64,000 nucleotides of DNA from an uncultured Gemmatimonadales bacterium (GTDB taxonomy: Bacteria; Gemmatimonadota; Gemmatimonadetes; Gemmatimonadales; GWC2-71-9). Where the stretch lies: contig CAWJIM010000020.1 of assembly GCA_963842945.1 (NCBI GenBank), positions 1 to 64,000 of the forward strand. The letters are read 5' to 3'. Below are positions 1 through 10,616 of this stretch, piece by piece. The notes beneath the pieces are model-generated. The model was not told the origin of the DNA, made no database searches, and saw only the letters and a program-made list of their open reading frames with translations. The translations under genes were made by a program, and so were the position numbers. Numbering within the stretch: the stretch's first letter is position 1; the number at the start of each line of letters is the position of its first letter.

Positions 1-844
1 CACACCTACGCGGGCGAAGGTTCCTACCAGGTCACCCTGGTGGCGACTGACGACGACCAGGCGACGGCCACGGTCACCAAGTCGATCGGGGTGACTGCTC
101 CCGCCCAATGCCGCACCCACCGCGCGGTTCAGCCAGACCTGCAACGGGCTCAGTTGCAGCTTCACCGACGGCAGCACCGACGGAGACGGTCTGGTGACTG
201 GCTGGAGCTGGAGCTTCGGCGACGGCGGGACTGAGACGGTGAAGAATCCAAGCCACACCTACACCGCGGGCGGGACCTATACGGTGACGCTGCGGGCTAC
301 CGATGACGATGGAGCCACCAACGACACGTCTGCACCGGTGACGGTGACTGCGCCATCGTCGAACCTGACGCCGCGCGCGGCTTTCGTGGCGCTCTGCAAT
401 GGGCTCACCTGCCGGTTCAACGATCAAACGCGTCGATCCGGATGGCACCCTTGCGTCCTGGAGATGGACGTTCGGGAACGGCACCAGCTCGAGCGTGCGG
501 AGTCTGAGCAAGACCTACGCGAGCGCGGGCACCTACACGGTGACGCTGGCGGCCACTGACAAACAAGGGGCACCGGCACGTCCACCGCGACATCACCGTC
601 GCCAGCAGCGGCATCGTCCTCAACGTGACCCCTAGGGTGGAGCCACCAGGCAGTACATGATGCTCGCCTGGAACGGCGCTCGGGGAACCAACGTAGACGT
701 GTACCAGGACGGGAAGTTCCTGAAGGCGCAGGTCAACGACGGGCGGTGGACCTACTCTCGGCCGCTGCCGGGCGCGGCTACACCTACAAGGTTTGTGAGA
801 CGGGGAAGACCGTGTGCTCCAACGTGGCGACCGTGCAGTTCTGA
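1..844 (+). CDS. PKD-repeat secreted protein, C-terminal part (5' truncated; frameshifted)
   Basis: Repeated PKD motifs across frames (WSWSFGDGGT..NPSHTY.AGGTYTVTL.ATD; WRWTFGNGTSS...TYASAGTYTVTL); ends ..YKVCETGKTVCSNVATVQF, TGA 842-844. Confidence 0.8.
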
Positions 845-924
845 AATCGCCATGGACCGTCCGTTATCTCCGTATTACTTTCCGCACCGCACCTCATTGA
901 ATCCCAATCGGCATCGGAGTGCTC

Positions 925-2915
925 GTGACCCAGCTCTCGCTCTCGGGAGTGGCCGTCGAATTCGGAGCGACCCGGCTCTTCAGGACGTGACCTTCACCGT
1001 CACCCGGGGCGAGAAGTGGGGATCATCGGGCGCAACGGCAGCGGCAAGACCACGCTGTTCGGCCTGATCACCGGCGAGGCCGAGCCGACCAGGGGCACGG
1101 TGGCGCGGGCGCGGGGCTTCGGGTTCTCGCTGATGGAGCAGCACCGCGAGTTCGCCGGCGCGGCAACGGTGTGGGAAGCAGCGGCCGGGCCCTTCGCCGA
1201 GCTGCTGGAGCTGGAGCGGTCGCTGGCGGGGCAGGGGAGGCGCTGGCCGAGGCGGGGGACCGCTGCACGCCGGCGATGCTGGCCCGCTACGATCGCGACC
1301 TGGAGCGGTTCGAGCGCGAAGGCGGCTATACCCTGGCCCCCCGGATCGACGCGGTGCTTGCATGGCCTGGGCTTCGATCCCGACCAGGCGCGCACCCAGT
1401 CCCTGGCCGGCTGAGCGGCGGCGAGCGGGGCCGGCTCGGGCTGGCGCAGCAGCTGGTGGCTCCCGCCGACGTGCTCCTGCTCGACGAGCCCACCAACCAC
1501 CTCGACCTCGAGACCACCCGCTGGCTGGAGGACTATCTGGCCGGGCTCGACGCCACCGTGCTCCTCATCAGCCACGACCGCGCCTTCCTGCAGGCGGTGG
1601 TGGACCACGTGCTGCACCTCGAGGCGGGCACGGCGACGCCTACGCCGGCGACTACGAGGCCTTCGTCGCGCCAGCGCGCGGAGCGGCGCCTGGCGCAGCA
1701 GCGCGCCTTCAACAAGCAGTCCAGGGTCGATCGCGGCGCGAGGAGGACTTCATCCGCCGCAACATCGCGGGGCAGAAGAGCGCCCAGGCCAAGGGCCGCC
1801 GGCGGCGGCTGGAGCGGGTCAGCCGGCTCAGCGCGCCCGCCGGAGAGGAAGGCGCGATGGCGCTGCGGCTGGAGGCGGACGCGCGCGGCGGAGACCAGGT
1901 GCTGGTGGCGGAGAAAGTGTCGGTCGGGTGCCATCGGCGAGCGGGTGCTGCTGGAGCTCGACTTCTCGGCCACGTCCGCCGGGGCGACGTGGTCGGCTTC
2001 GTGGGACCGAACGGGGCGGGGAAGACCACGCTGCTCCGGCGCATCGTGGGCGAGCGTCCGCCCGAGGGGGGCGAGGTGCGGATCCCGGAGTCGGTGCAGA
2101 TCGCCCACTACCGGCAGGATCTGGCGCAGGTGCCGGCCGACCGGTCGCTGTACGACCTCATCAACGACCTGCGGCCCACTGGGGCCGGGGCGCCATCCAG
2201 GGTCACCTCGGCCGCTTCGGCTTTTCGCGGCGATACCGTGCTGCGGCAGGCGGCCACGCTCTCCGGCGGGGAGCGCGCCCGGGTGGCGCTGGCGATGATG
2301 ATGCTGTCGGGCGCCAACCTGCTGCTCTTCGACGAGCCCACCAACCACCTCGACGTCGAGTCGATCGAGGCGCTGGAGGATGCCATCGAGGCCTACGAGG
2401 GAACCGTGATCCTGGTGAGCCACGACCGCGCGCTGCTGCGGGCGCTGACCACCCGGGTCTGGGTGCTGCACGAGGGTCGGATCACCGACTATCCCGGCGG
2501 CTTCGAGGAGTGGGAGACGGCCAGTGCGGAGCGGGCCCACGCGGCGTCGGTTGCGGCGCGCGAGGAGGAGTCGCTCCGGCGGGTGCACGAGCGGAAGCAG
2601 ACCCGCCGGAGCGAGGATAGCCGCAAACACGAAGTGTCGTCCAAGCGAGACTCGCGGAAAGCCCTGGAGGAGGCCGAGGCCCGGGTGAGCGTTTGCGAGG
2701 AGCGGGTGGCTTCGATCAGAGCCCGGCTGGAAGATCCCGCATTGTATACCACCAGGGACGGCGTGCTCGAGGCGCAGCAGCTGGGCCGCGAGCTCGAGAT
2801 TGCCCGGGCCGAGCTCGATTCAGGCTTACAAGGAGTGGGAAGGGGCGGACTACCAAGAACAAAGAAAAAAACCTGGCCGCAGATAAACGCAGATAACGCA
2901 GATGGCTCCGGCTAG
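925..2915 (+). CDS. ABC-F family ATP-binding protein (Uup/YheS-like), frameshifted
   Basis: Two ABC domains (GRNGSGKTT..LSGGE..LLLDEPTNHLD; GPNGAGKTT..LSGGE..FDEPTNHLD), inter-domain linker, coiled-coil C-terminus, no TM segments. GTG start at 925; exact stop uncertain. Confidence 0.9.
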
Positions 2916-3185
2916 ACACGGATAACACGGACAACAGCAGGGATCGTTCCTCAGAGCCAAACGGCTCCGCTCCCGCGGCTGGATTCAGGAAAATTGTTCA
3001 ACAGCACACCAATCAGTTTCGATTTTCGCCCGTGCTGGAAACTGGTTGGTGTGCTGTTGACTAAAGTCCGAATTTTGCGGTTGAAGCCGTGCTGTTTGGG
3101 TAAGAGGAGCGATCCGTGCAGTTGTCCGTGTTATCCGTGTTCCCAAACTGGATCTATCTGCGTTCATCTGCGTTTATCCTGCGGC
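2876..3185. repeat. Nested inverted-repeat element (~310 bp) between convergent genes
   Basis: Arm pairs 2876-2903/3156-3185, 2916-2952/3104-3140, 2957-2965/3091-3099 and 2998-3020/3038-3060. Confidence 0.9.
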
Positions 3186-3190
3186 TTCTC

Positions 3191-3688
3191 TCAGTTCAGT
3201 TGCGATGGCGGTGATGACTTGAGGGTCTGAAGCACAACGCAGTAGCGCTCGGTGAGCTTGTGCAGGGTCGCCAGCTGATCGGGAGAGGCGTCGGAGTCGA
3301 GGTTGAGGCGCATCCGGATCTCCCGGAAGCCCACCGGCGCCTCCTTGCTCACGCCGAGCGTTCCCCGGAAATCCAGATCGCCCTCGACGTCGACGGTGCC
3401 GCCCCGAACCGGAATCTCCAGCGCGGTGGCCACCGCGCGCAGCGTCACGCCGGCGCAGGCGGCCAGCGCCTCGAGCAGCATGTCGCCCGAGCAGGCCTGA
3501 AGACCGGTCCCGCCGGTGGCCGGATGCAGCCCCGCCTCGACCAGAGCCCGTCCCGTCTCCACCCGGCAGCTCACCCCGGGCGCATCCAGCCGGCCGCTTG
3601 CCTTGAGAGTCACCACCGCGCTGGACGGATCGTCCTTGTACTTCTGCTTCAGCGGGGCCTGAAGATTCTTGAGCTGGGAAGAGTCCAT
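3191..3688 (-). CDS. OsmC family protein
   Basis: CSGDMLLEALAACAGVT...TERYCVVLQTL with the conserved Cys pair. Confidence 0.9.
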   Translation of the reverse strand: MDSSQLKNLQAPLKQKYKDDPSSAVVTLKASGRLDAPGVSCRVETGRALVEAGLHPATGGTGLQACSGDMLLEALAACAGVTLRAVATALEIPVRGGTVDVEGDLDFRGTLGVSKEAPVGFREIRMRLNLDSDASPDQLATLHKLTERYCVVLQTLKSSPPSQLN

Positions 3689-3741
3689 CTGAGAAATAAA
3701 AGCGTAAGCGGGAGAAACCAGAAGCGTGAGCGGGAAGGGGA

Positions 3742-3807
3742 GTCATTCTGAGCGAAGCGAAGAATCTCTCCGGTGCCGCGGAGATCCTTCGCTGCGCTCA
3801 GGATGAC
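3742..3807. repeat. REP-like palindrome (GTCATTCTGAGCGAAGCGAAGAATCTC...GAGATCCTTCGCTGCGCTCAGGATGAC)
   Basis: Imperfect 27-bp inverted repeat of the widespread 'VILSEAKNL/SFAALRMT' intergenic type. Confidence 0.85.
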
Positions 3808-3821
3808 AACCGCTGGCCGGG

Positions 3822-4461
3822 CTAGTGCTTGCCGAAGTTGAAGCCTACGGTAAGCCCCACCGCCGGGTCGGCACCCTCCAGGCCCAATGGGATCGAAACG
3901 TCAGGGCGAATGGAGAGGGAATTGAGGACCAGGCCCATCCCCAGATGTGCCACGGCGTAGGCGTCCGATTCCGTCGAAGAGTTGAAGCTGTCCTCCGCCT
4001 TGGTTCGCTCATACTCCAGGAAGATCCCACCGGTCGGGACGATCTGCAGCTGCCGGGGCACCTACCGCCGCACCGATGGCCAGTCCAATGGTAGCCGTGC
4101 TGGCGGAGTTGTTGACCCCGAAGCCGTCCGGCAGGTCGCTCAGGGCATAGGAAGCGATGGGACATACCTGGAGCATCCCCATCTTCTGCTGATAGCCGAG
4201 ATCGGCTCCGTAACTGAGGTAGGAGTCTACCCCGTCAGCTGACGTGCTCGCGATGGATACATCGCCGAACACGCTGTTGGTACGGCCATAGCCCAGGCTG
4301 GCGCCAAGCTGGTGGATGCCGACCTCGGTCACCACGGAACCGTGCCCAGCCAGCTGGATGGGTCCCCGGGAATAGGATGCGAGTCCGGTGCAAGTCTGCG
4401 CTACGACGGCCGAGTGCATGACGCCGAGGAGCGCGACGCCGATCAGGAAGCTGCGAAACAT
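3822..4461 (-). CDS. Outer-membrane beta-barrel protein, paralogue D (frameshift ~4055)
   Basis: Signal peptide MFRSFLIGVALLG..VVA|QTC; alternating beta-strands; C-terminus GLTVGFNFGKH. Confidence 0.75.
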
Positions 4462-4503
4462 CTGCTGTCTCCAATCAAAGCTGGGCGGAACCAGGGGGGA
4501 CAA

Positions 4504-4574
4504 AGCGTGAGCGGGAGGACCAGGTCTTCCTGTGATCCTCCCGCTGACGCTGTTACCGGCCCCGTTAGGGCCGG
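4504..4574. terminator. Two intergenic hairpins (4504-4551 and 4556-4574)
   Basis: agcgtgagcgggagga/tcctcccgctgacgct and ccggccc/gggccgg, downstream of the 4596-5141 gene. Confidence 0.5.
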
Positions 4575-4595
4575 CCTTGGATCCGGCGATCGTAC

Positions 4596-5141
4596 TTAGT
4601 GCGAGGTCACGCCCACGCCGAACTGCAGCACGTTGGCGGAGCCCCCATCGAACGCGCCGCGGAAGTAGTTCGCGACCGGGGTGATCGACAGGTTCTTGCC
4701 GACGCGGACATCGTAGCCCAAGCCGCCGACCAGGCCGAAGCCGTTATCGTCTGCGGTGCTGATCCCATCGTCCACCGAGAGCACCGAGTAGCCGGCGCCG
4801 GCCTTGATGAAGAGGCCCTGGGTCGGCATCGGGTACCAGTACGCCGCACCCGACATGTTGCCCATCGTCACCCGGCCGCCGAACTCGCTCTTGGTCCAGC
4901 CGTTCATCTCGACGCCGAGGAGGATGTTCTGCCGCAGGGTTCCGCCGACCTTGGCGTACCCGCTGATCCCACCCTCACGATCGATATCGCCGCAGCCATC
5001 GCAGGTCAGGCCCAGCGAGCCGTAGCCCATGCCGCCGCCGACCCACAGCCCTTGCCGCGTCTGCGCCTGCTGGGCGAAGGCCGAGGTGGCCAGCACAGCC
5101 GTGAGGAGTGCGCAGAATCCAGTAGCCCGGAGTGTACCCAT
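4596..5141 (-). CDS. Outer-membrane beta-barrel protein C (OmpA-like small barrel)
   Basis: Signal peptide MGTLRATG..AFA|Q; Gly/aromatic-rich strands; CDGC loop; ends QFGVGVTSH. Confidence 0.8.
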   Translation of the reverse strand: MGTLRATGFCALLTAVLATSAFAQQAQTRQGLWVGGGMGYGSLGLTCDGCGDIDREGGISGYAKVGGTLRQNILLGVEMNGWTKSEFGGRVTMGNMSGAAYWYPMPTQGLFIKAGAGYSVLSVDDGISTADDNGFGLVGGLGYDVRVGKNLSITPVANYFRGAFDGGSANVLQFGVGVTSH

Positions 5142-5389
5142 GTCGCCTCTACATAGTTTGGAGAAAATGTGCCGAGGAGCTCGGCGCCTCGCGTTCGCGT
5201 GGCCGCGCGAGGGTGAGGGCAAGTTGCAGACCAATCGAATCGGTTGGGCTAAGGTGTTGTGCAGCAATGCGAAGGCGGGTCAGTTCGCGGTCAAACCGGA
5301 AATCCGGGGTTCTGCAGATCGCGTGGTGAAGTGGGAGTTGCGGGTGGTGCGAGTCGAGAGTGAGTTCGGGTCACGGACTCCCGAGTCTC

Positions 5390-6077
5390 CTAGACTCCCA
5401 GCTCGCTTCCGAAACCCATACCCCACCACCAGCCCCACCGTCGGCTCGCCGCCCGAAAGCCAAAGCGGGAAATCCACGTAGGGCCGGAGGGACAGCGTGG
5501 ACTTGTAGACCAGGCCCACGCCGAGCTGGGCCAGGCGTGTAGTGGTCGGCGATCTGGAACAGCAAAGTACCCGCGTGGTCCTGGGCCTCGTCGTTCTGGT
5601 AGGCATAGGCGAGACCGAAGGTCGGCACCACGTTCCAGCGCTCCATCGGTCTGAGCTCGGTGCTCACCGCCAAACCCAGCTGGGCCGACTGGCGGAGCCG
5701 CTCGACGTCCGAGTTGAACGCGTTGTTGGGGCCGATCTCCAATGCTCCCGCTAGCACGGGCAGAGATGGACCCGCGACTCCGCGCCCAATGAGATCTCGT
5801 ATCCCGCGGCACCGCCGATATCGAGCGACGATCCGCCGAAGTTCTCGTGGGTGCGGCTGGCCACGGTCAACTGGCCGAAAGGGCCCCGAGGAAATCCGTA
5901 GCTGAGGCCGGCGCCAAGCGCGTCCGAGCGCCAGGTGAGCGACGCCTCGCCGGTGACCTGGAGCGGGCTGGTGGAGAACGAGGGCAGGCCCTGGCAGCTC
6001 TGGGCCCGGACCGCCGGATGCGGCCATGAGGACGAGAGCAAGAGAGACTGGGAGAATGCGTCGGGCATGCGTCGCAT
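5390..6077 (-). CDS. Outer-membrane beta-barrel protein, paralogue B (several frameshifts; end approximate)
   Basis: AQSCQGLPSFS..LQV, HLCP, LAQLGVGLV, RPYVDFPL, PTVGLVVGYGF; homologous to neighbours A and D. Confidence 0.7.
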
Positions 6078-6153
6078 GGTGGTGCTGTAAGGGTACCAGG
6101 GGGGTGCCCCGGCTTTTAAAGCAAGACACAGACCACGGATGGTGTGAGACGGC

Positions 6154-6191
6154 AAAAACGAAACGGGAGCGGCTGGGCCGCTCCCGTTCGT
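6154..6191 (-). terminator. Intrinsic terminator after beta-barrel A
   Basis: Minus strand: aacgggagcggc-cca-gccgctcccgtt followed by tcgttttt. Confidence 0.75.
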
Positions 6192-6213
6192 ATCACACTC
6201 GCTACCGCGGAGA

Positions 6214-6907
6214 CTAGTGGCGGCGGCCCTTGCTCGGGCCCTTGCTGCCGAAGTTGTACCCAACGGTGAGGCCGAAGGTCGGATCGCTGACCAGGTCAGA
6301 AGCCGACCGGGATGTCAACGGTCGGGCGAACCGAGATCTGCTGGTTGAACACGAAGCCGACGCCCAGACGGGCCAGGCCGTAGGTCTCGGAAGCCTCGAG
6401 GGTCTGCCCACCCGGGCCGGTGTCCTCGATCTTGAACTTGCTGTACTGCAGTCCCAGGCCGGCGGTCGGGATGATCCGCATCTGCTGGGTGGCGCCCATC
6501 TCGGTGCCCAGTGCGAAACCGAAGTTCGCGCTGGTCTGAGACGAGTTGATCTCAGCCGCATCATCATCCGGACCCATGCCGAGGGCCAGGTTGGCCACGG
6601 GGCAGAGGGCCAGCTTCTGGGTGCGGCCCAGCTTCATCTGGTAACCGGCGTGCGCGCCGAGACCCAGCGAGCTGCCACCATCGTTGTCGATGGAGGTGTT
6701 GGAGATGTCGGCACCAGCGTAGAGCCCCGACGGCATGCCATAGGTCAGGCTGCCGCCCCAAACCTTGGCGGCTTCGGGGAACTGGGCGCTACCGGCGACC
6801 TGGAGCTGGCCGGTCGAGAACGAGGCCAAACCCTGACAGGTCTGAGCCGCTGCGGGCGACTTCACGATCGCGAGCAGGGCGAGCGGAACCATGAGACTGC
6901 GGCGCAT
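6214..6907 (-). CDS. Outer-membrane beta-barrel protein, paralogue A (frameshift ~6300)
   Basis: Signal peptide MRRSLMVPLALL..AAA|QTCQGLASFS; ALCP; ends FGLTVGYNFGSKGPSKGRRH. Confidence 0.8.
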
Positions 6908-7069
6908 GTATGTCTCCGACGAAGAGTGTGGATGTCCCCTGCGCGTCGAGGTCGATCGTCAACGCAGCGCCACGGGGCGGCGACTGCGATCTCGGTCGAG
7001 CAGGGTGTCGGAAACAGGAACGCCTATCCCGGATGGAATAGGCCGAAGGGAAGAGCTGGAGGCTCGCGC

Positions 7070-7152
7070 TTCGGCAACCGGACGATCCCTAGTGCAACTG
7101 CTTGGGACTCCTGGCTTTGCGTCCCCGCCTCACGACGGGTTTGCCTTTTTCG
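7070..7152 (-). ncRNA. Cyclic-di-GMP-I (GEMM-I) riboswitch
   Basis: Minus strand AAAAAGGCAAACCCGTC-GTGA-GGCGGGGACGCAAAGCCAGGAGTCCC..GGGATCGTCCGGTTGCCGAA matches the GEMM-I pattern (GGCAAACC-stem-GNRA-stem-GGACGCAAAGC-P3-GTTGCCG). It lies in the 5' leader of beta-barrel A. Confidence 0.9.
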
Positions 7153-7220
7153 GCATCGCCCCTCTCGGAGCGACGCAAAAATGCTAACCAGGGGGTGCAA
7201 TCTACGCAAGGTGCAATTGT

Positions 7221-7259
7221 AAGTGGCCACTTGCTTGCAAACGGACCTCGCACTATACT
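7221..7259 (+). promoter_or_regulatory. Sigma70-like promoter with overlapping palindromic operator
   Basis: TTGCTT (7231-7236), 17 bp, TATACT (7254-7259); perfect palindrome AAGTGGCCACTT (7221-7232). Confidence 0.6.
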
Positions 7260-7266
7260 GGCCGCC

Positions 7267-7852
7267 ATGTCGGTCCGCGACCAGTTACTCGATGCCGCCG
7301 CCCGGATCTACGCCGAGTCCGGCTACCGTGGTGCCACCACCCGCCGCATCGCCACCGCAGCCGGGGTGAACGAGATCACCCTGTTCCGCCATTTCGGGTC
7401 CAAGGACGCGCTGATCCGTGAAGCGATCGTACGGGCGGGCACCAGCGATCTGCCCGAGCTGCTGCCCGAGCATCCTCGCGATCCGGGGCGCGAGCTCCGG
7501 GAGTGGGCCCGGACTCACATCACTGACTTGCGCGGACGCCGGGCCTTGATTCGCACCTGCATGGGAGAGATCGCGGAGCACCCCGGGATCTTTTCCGGTG
7601 AGAACAGTCCGACTTCCCTGGCCGCGCGGGCGCTGAGCCGATATCTCCGGCGGCTGCGCGAGGTGGGGCTGGCAAAGGCTCCGTTCGATGAGGTTGCCGC
7701 GGCCGCCATGCTGATGGGCGCGCTCTTCGCCGATGCGCATGGGGCGCGAGATCATGCGAGATATCTATCGCAACGACTCTGAGGCAGCCCTGGACGAGTA
7801 CATCCGACTCTTTTTGCGCGCCATCGGTGTGGGCGTGCGCAGGTCCCGATGA
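7267..7852 (+). CDS. TetR/AcrR family regulator (frameshift ~7738)
   Basis: HTH: LLDAAARIYAESGYRGATTRRIATAAGVNEITLFRHFGSK; stop overlaps the next ATG (ATGA). Confidence 0.92.
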
Positions 7853-9505
7853 GATCCTTTCATTTGCAGCTTCAGCGCAGGCCATTGGTCCTGCTTCTGG
7901 CCGCGGCTCTGGCCGGCGGCACCATTCCCCGCTCGCTCACGGCCCAGCAGCCCGCGTCGGTCTCACCGGCTCGGCCGCTCACCCTGACCCAGGCGCTGGA
8001 GATCGCCGAAAGAAACAGCGAGACCGTAGGCATCGCCCGGGAAGAGCTGGCCCGGGCGCAGGGCGACCGGAAGCGGGCCCGGAGCGGCTACTTCCCCCAG
8101 GTAACCGGGTCGGCGTACTACCTGCGCACGCTGGAGAGCCAGTTCTCCGCGCTCGAGACCGGCAGCGACACCTCCACCGTTGCGCCCGAGGTCTGCCGGG
8201 AGTTCGTGCCCAACCCCTCGCTCCCGGTGGAGCAGCGGCTGGACTCGCTGGAGAGCGCCGTCGCCTGCTCCAGCAGCGCCGATCCGTTTGCCGGCTTTCG
8301 CAACCTGCCGTTCGGCCGGGTCAACACCTTCCGCTTCGGCCTCTCGTTTTCGCAGACGTTGTTCAGCGGCGGGCAGGTGAGCGGGCAGAGTCGCGCCGCC
8401 AGCGCCAACGCCCGAAGCGCGGCGTTGGGTCTGACCTCGGCCCAGGCTCAGCTGCTGCTCGACGTGACCGGCGCCTACTACGATGCGTCGCTGGCCGACC
8501 GGCTGTTGGTGATCGCCGAGGCGACACTGGAGCAGGCCGACACCACGCTGAGCCAGACCCGCCTGGCGCGTCAGGTGGGCAACCAGTCGGAGTTCGATCT
8601 GCTGCGGGCCCGGGTCACTCGCGACAACCAGCGGCCCGTGGTCATTCAGCGCCGGGCCGACCGCGACGTGGCGCACTATCGGCTCAAGCAGCTGCTGGAC
8701 TTTCCGCTGGACCAGCCGGTCGCGCTCACCACGGAGCTGGGCGACACCGCGCTGGTCGACTCGCCCCGTCTCTCGCAGGTAGTCGCGAATCCGGGCGACA
8801 CCAGCACCAGCACCCGCGCCCCGGTGCGCCAGGCCAATGAGGCGGTCGAGGCTCAGCGCGGACTGCTCCGGGCGGCCAAGGGCCAGCGGCTGCCCCAGGT
8901 TGCCTTGAACTCGCAGTTCCTCCAGCTGGGCTATCCCAATAGCGTCTCGCCCTTCGGTGCGGACTTCGTATCCGACTGGGTGGTGTCCGTGGGGTTGCAG
9001 GTTCCGATCTTCACCGGCGGACGGATCGGCGGCGAGGAAGCAGTGGCGCGCGCCAACCTCACGCAGGCGGAGCTCCGGTTGGAGCAGGCGCGAGAGCTGG
9101 CGGAGGTGGACGGCAGAAACGCGCATGACGCAGCTCCAGGCGGCGGAGGCGGGCTGGCAGGCAAGTGCAGGCACAGTGGAGCAGGCAGCCCGCGCGTACA
9201 AGATCGCCGAGCTGCGCTATCGCGAAGGGATCTCCACCCAGACCGAGCTGCTCGATTCCCGGATCCAGCTGCAGCAGGCCCAGGCGGCGCGGGCCCGGGC
9301 CGCTCGCGATCTGCAGGTGGCCAAGGTGAGAATCGCCTTGTTGCCCGCGCTTCCGATCGCGGTGCCGTCGTCATCCGCCGGAGCTTCGCTCCAGACCGGC
9401 GCGACAACTCAGCCGGCCTCCCAACCGCTCTATCAGCCGCCGGCCCCGCAGGCTGCCGGCACCGACATCACCGGGGAGCTTCTCCCAGGAGTCTCAGGAC
9501 AATGA
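7849..9505 (+). CDS. TolC family outer-membrane efflux protein (frameshift ~9125)
   Basis: Signal peptide; LTLTQALEIA, SGYFPQV, ELRYREGISTQTELL motifs; position in an efflux operon. Confidence 0.88.
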
Positions 9506-10616
9506 CGCGGGTTCTATGGTATAGGGCCGTCTTGCCGGTTCTGGCGGTCGCCCTGTTCTGCTGCAAGCCGAAGCCGACCGACAGCGGCAGCGGCAGCCGC
9601 GGATCCCGTCGTCCTGGTCGGCCGGGAGAACATCGCCGTGGCGGATTCGGCCCAGCTCCGAAGCGGGCCGGCCATCTCGGGATCGCTGGAGCCGAAGGTC
9701 GAGGCGCGGGTGCGAGCCGAGATCATGGGCCCGGTGGAGAAGACCTTCGCGGACGAAGGCCAGCGGGTGAAGCCGGGTGTGCTGCTGGCCAAGATCAACG
9801 ACAGCTCCGTCCGCGATGCCTACCTCTCCGCCCGCTCGGCGGTCCGGACCGCGGAGTCGGCGCTGCAGAACGCCCGGCGCAACGCGGAACGGGCGTCCCG
9901 CCTGGCCCAGGCCGGCGCGCTGCTCGGACCGCGATCTCGAGACCGCGCAGCAGGACTCAGACCAACGCGGAGGGCGCGCTCGCCGATGCGCAGGCCCGGC
10001 TGGCCTCCGGCTCAGAAGCAGCTGGGCAACACCGAGGTCCGGGCGCCGATCAGCGGAATCGTGAGCGAGCGGCAGGTGGCCGCCGGCGACGTGGTTCAGG
10101 TGGGCGGAGCGATGTTCACCATCGTCGATCTGCGCACCCTGCAGGCTCGAGGCCACGGTGCCGGTGGAGGAGATCGGCCGGCTCAAGGTCGGGACGCCCG
10201 GTGGAGTTCGGGGTGAGCGGCTTCGATCGCCGGTTTCACCGGCAAGATCGAGCGGATCAATCCGGCGGTGGATCCGGCCACCCGCCAGGTGCGGATCTAT
10301 GTGAGCATTCCCAACGCCGAGGAGGCGCTGGTGGCGGGACTGTTCGCCGAGGGCCGGGTCGCCACCGATGCGCGCCGCGCGGTGGCGGTGCCGTTCTCGG
10401 CGGTGGACCGGCGGGGCACGGCGCCGGTGATTCACCGGATCAAGGATGGCAAGGTGAATGTGGTGCCGGTCGAGCTGGGCGTGAGAGACGAGGCGGCGGA
10501 GCTGATCGAGGTCAACTCCGGCATCTGCTCCGGGCGACACCGTGCTGCTGGGCTCGGCCCAGGCCGTGACCGAGGGCAGCCCGGTAAGGATCACCCAGGA
10601 CGAGGTCAGCCGCTGA
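9502..10616 (+). CDS. RND efflux periplasmic adaptor (MFP), frameshifted
   Basis: DEGQRVKPG, EVRAPISGIV, RINPAVDPATRQV, GLFAEG motifs. Confidence 0.88.

Noticed and set aside
2876..3185. CRISPR array or GxxExxY gene
   Set aside because: Repeats are inverted, without regular spacers; no cas genes; the short ORFs are just repeat translations.
7849..10569. 906-aa TolC fusion ORF
   Set aside because: After ~9125 the translation is off-frame; the TolC end and the MFP lie in other frames.
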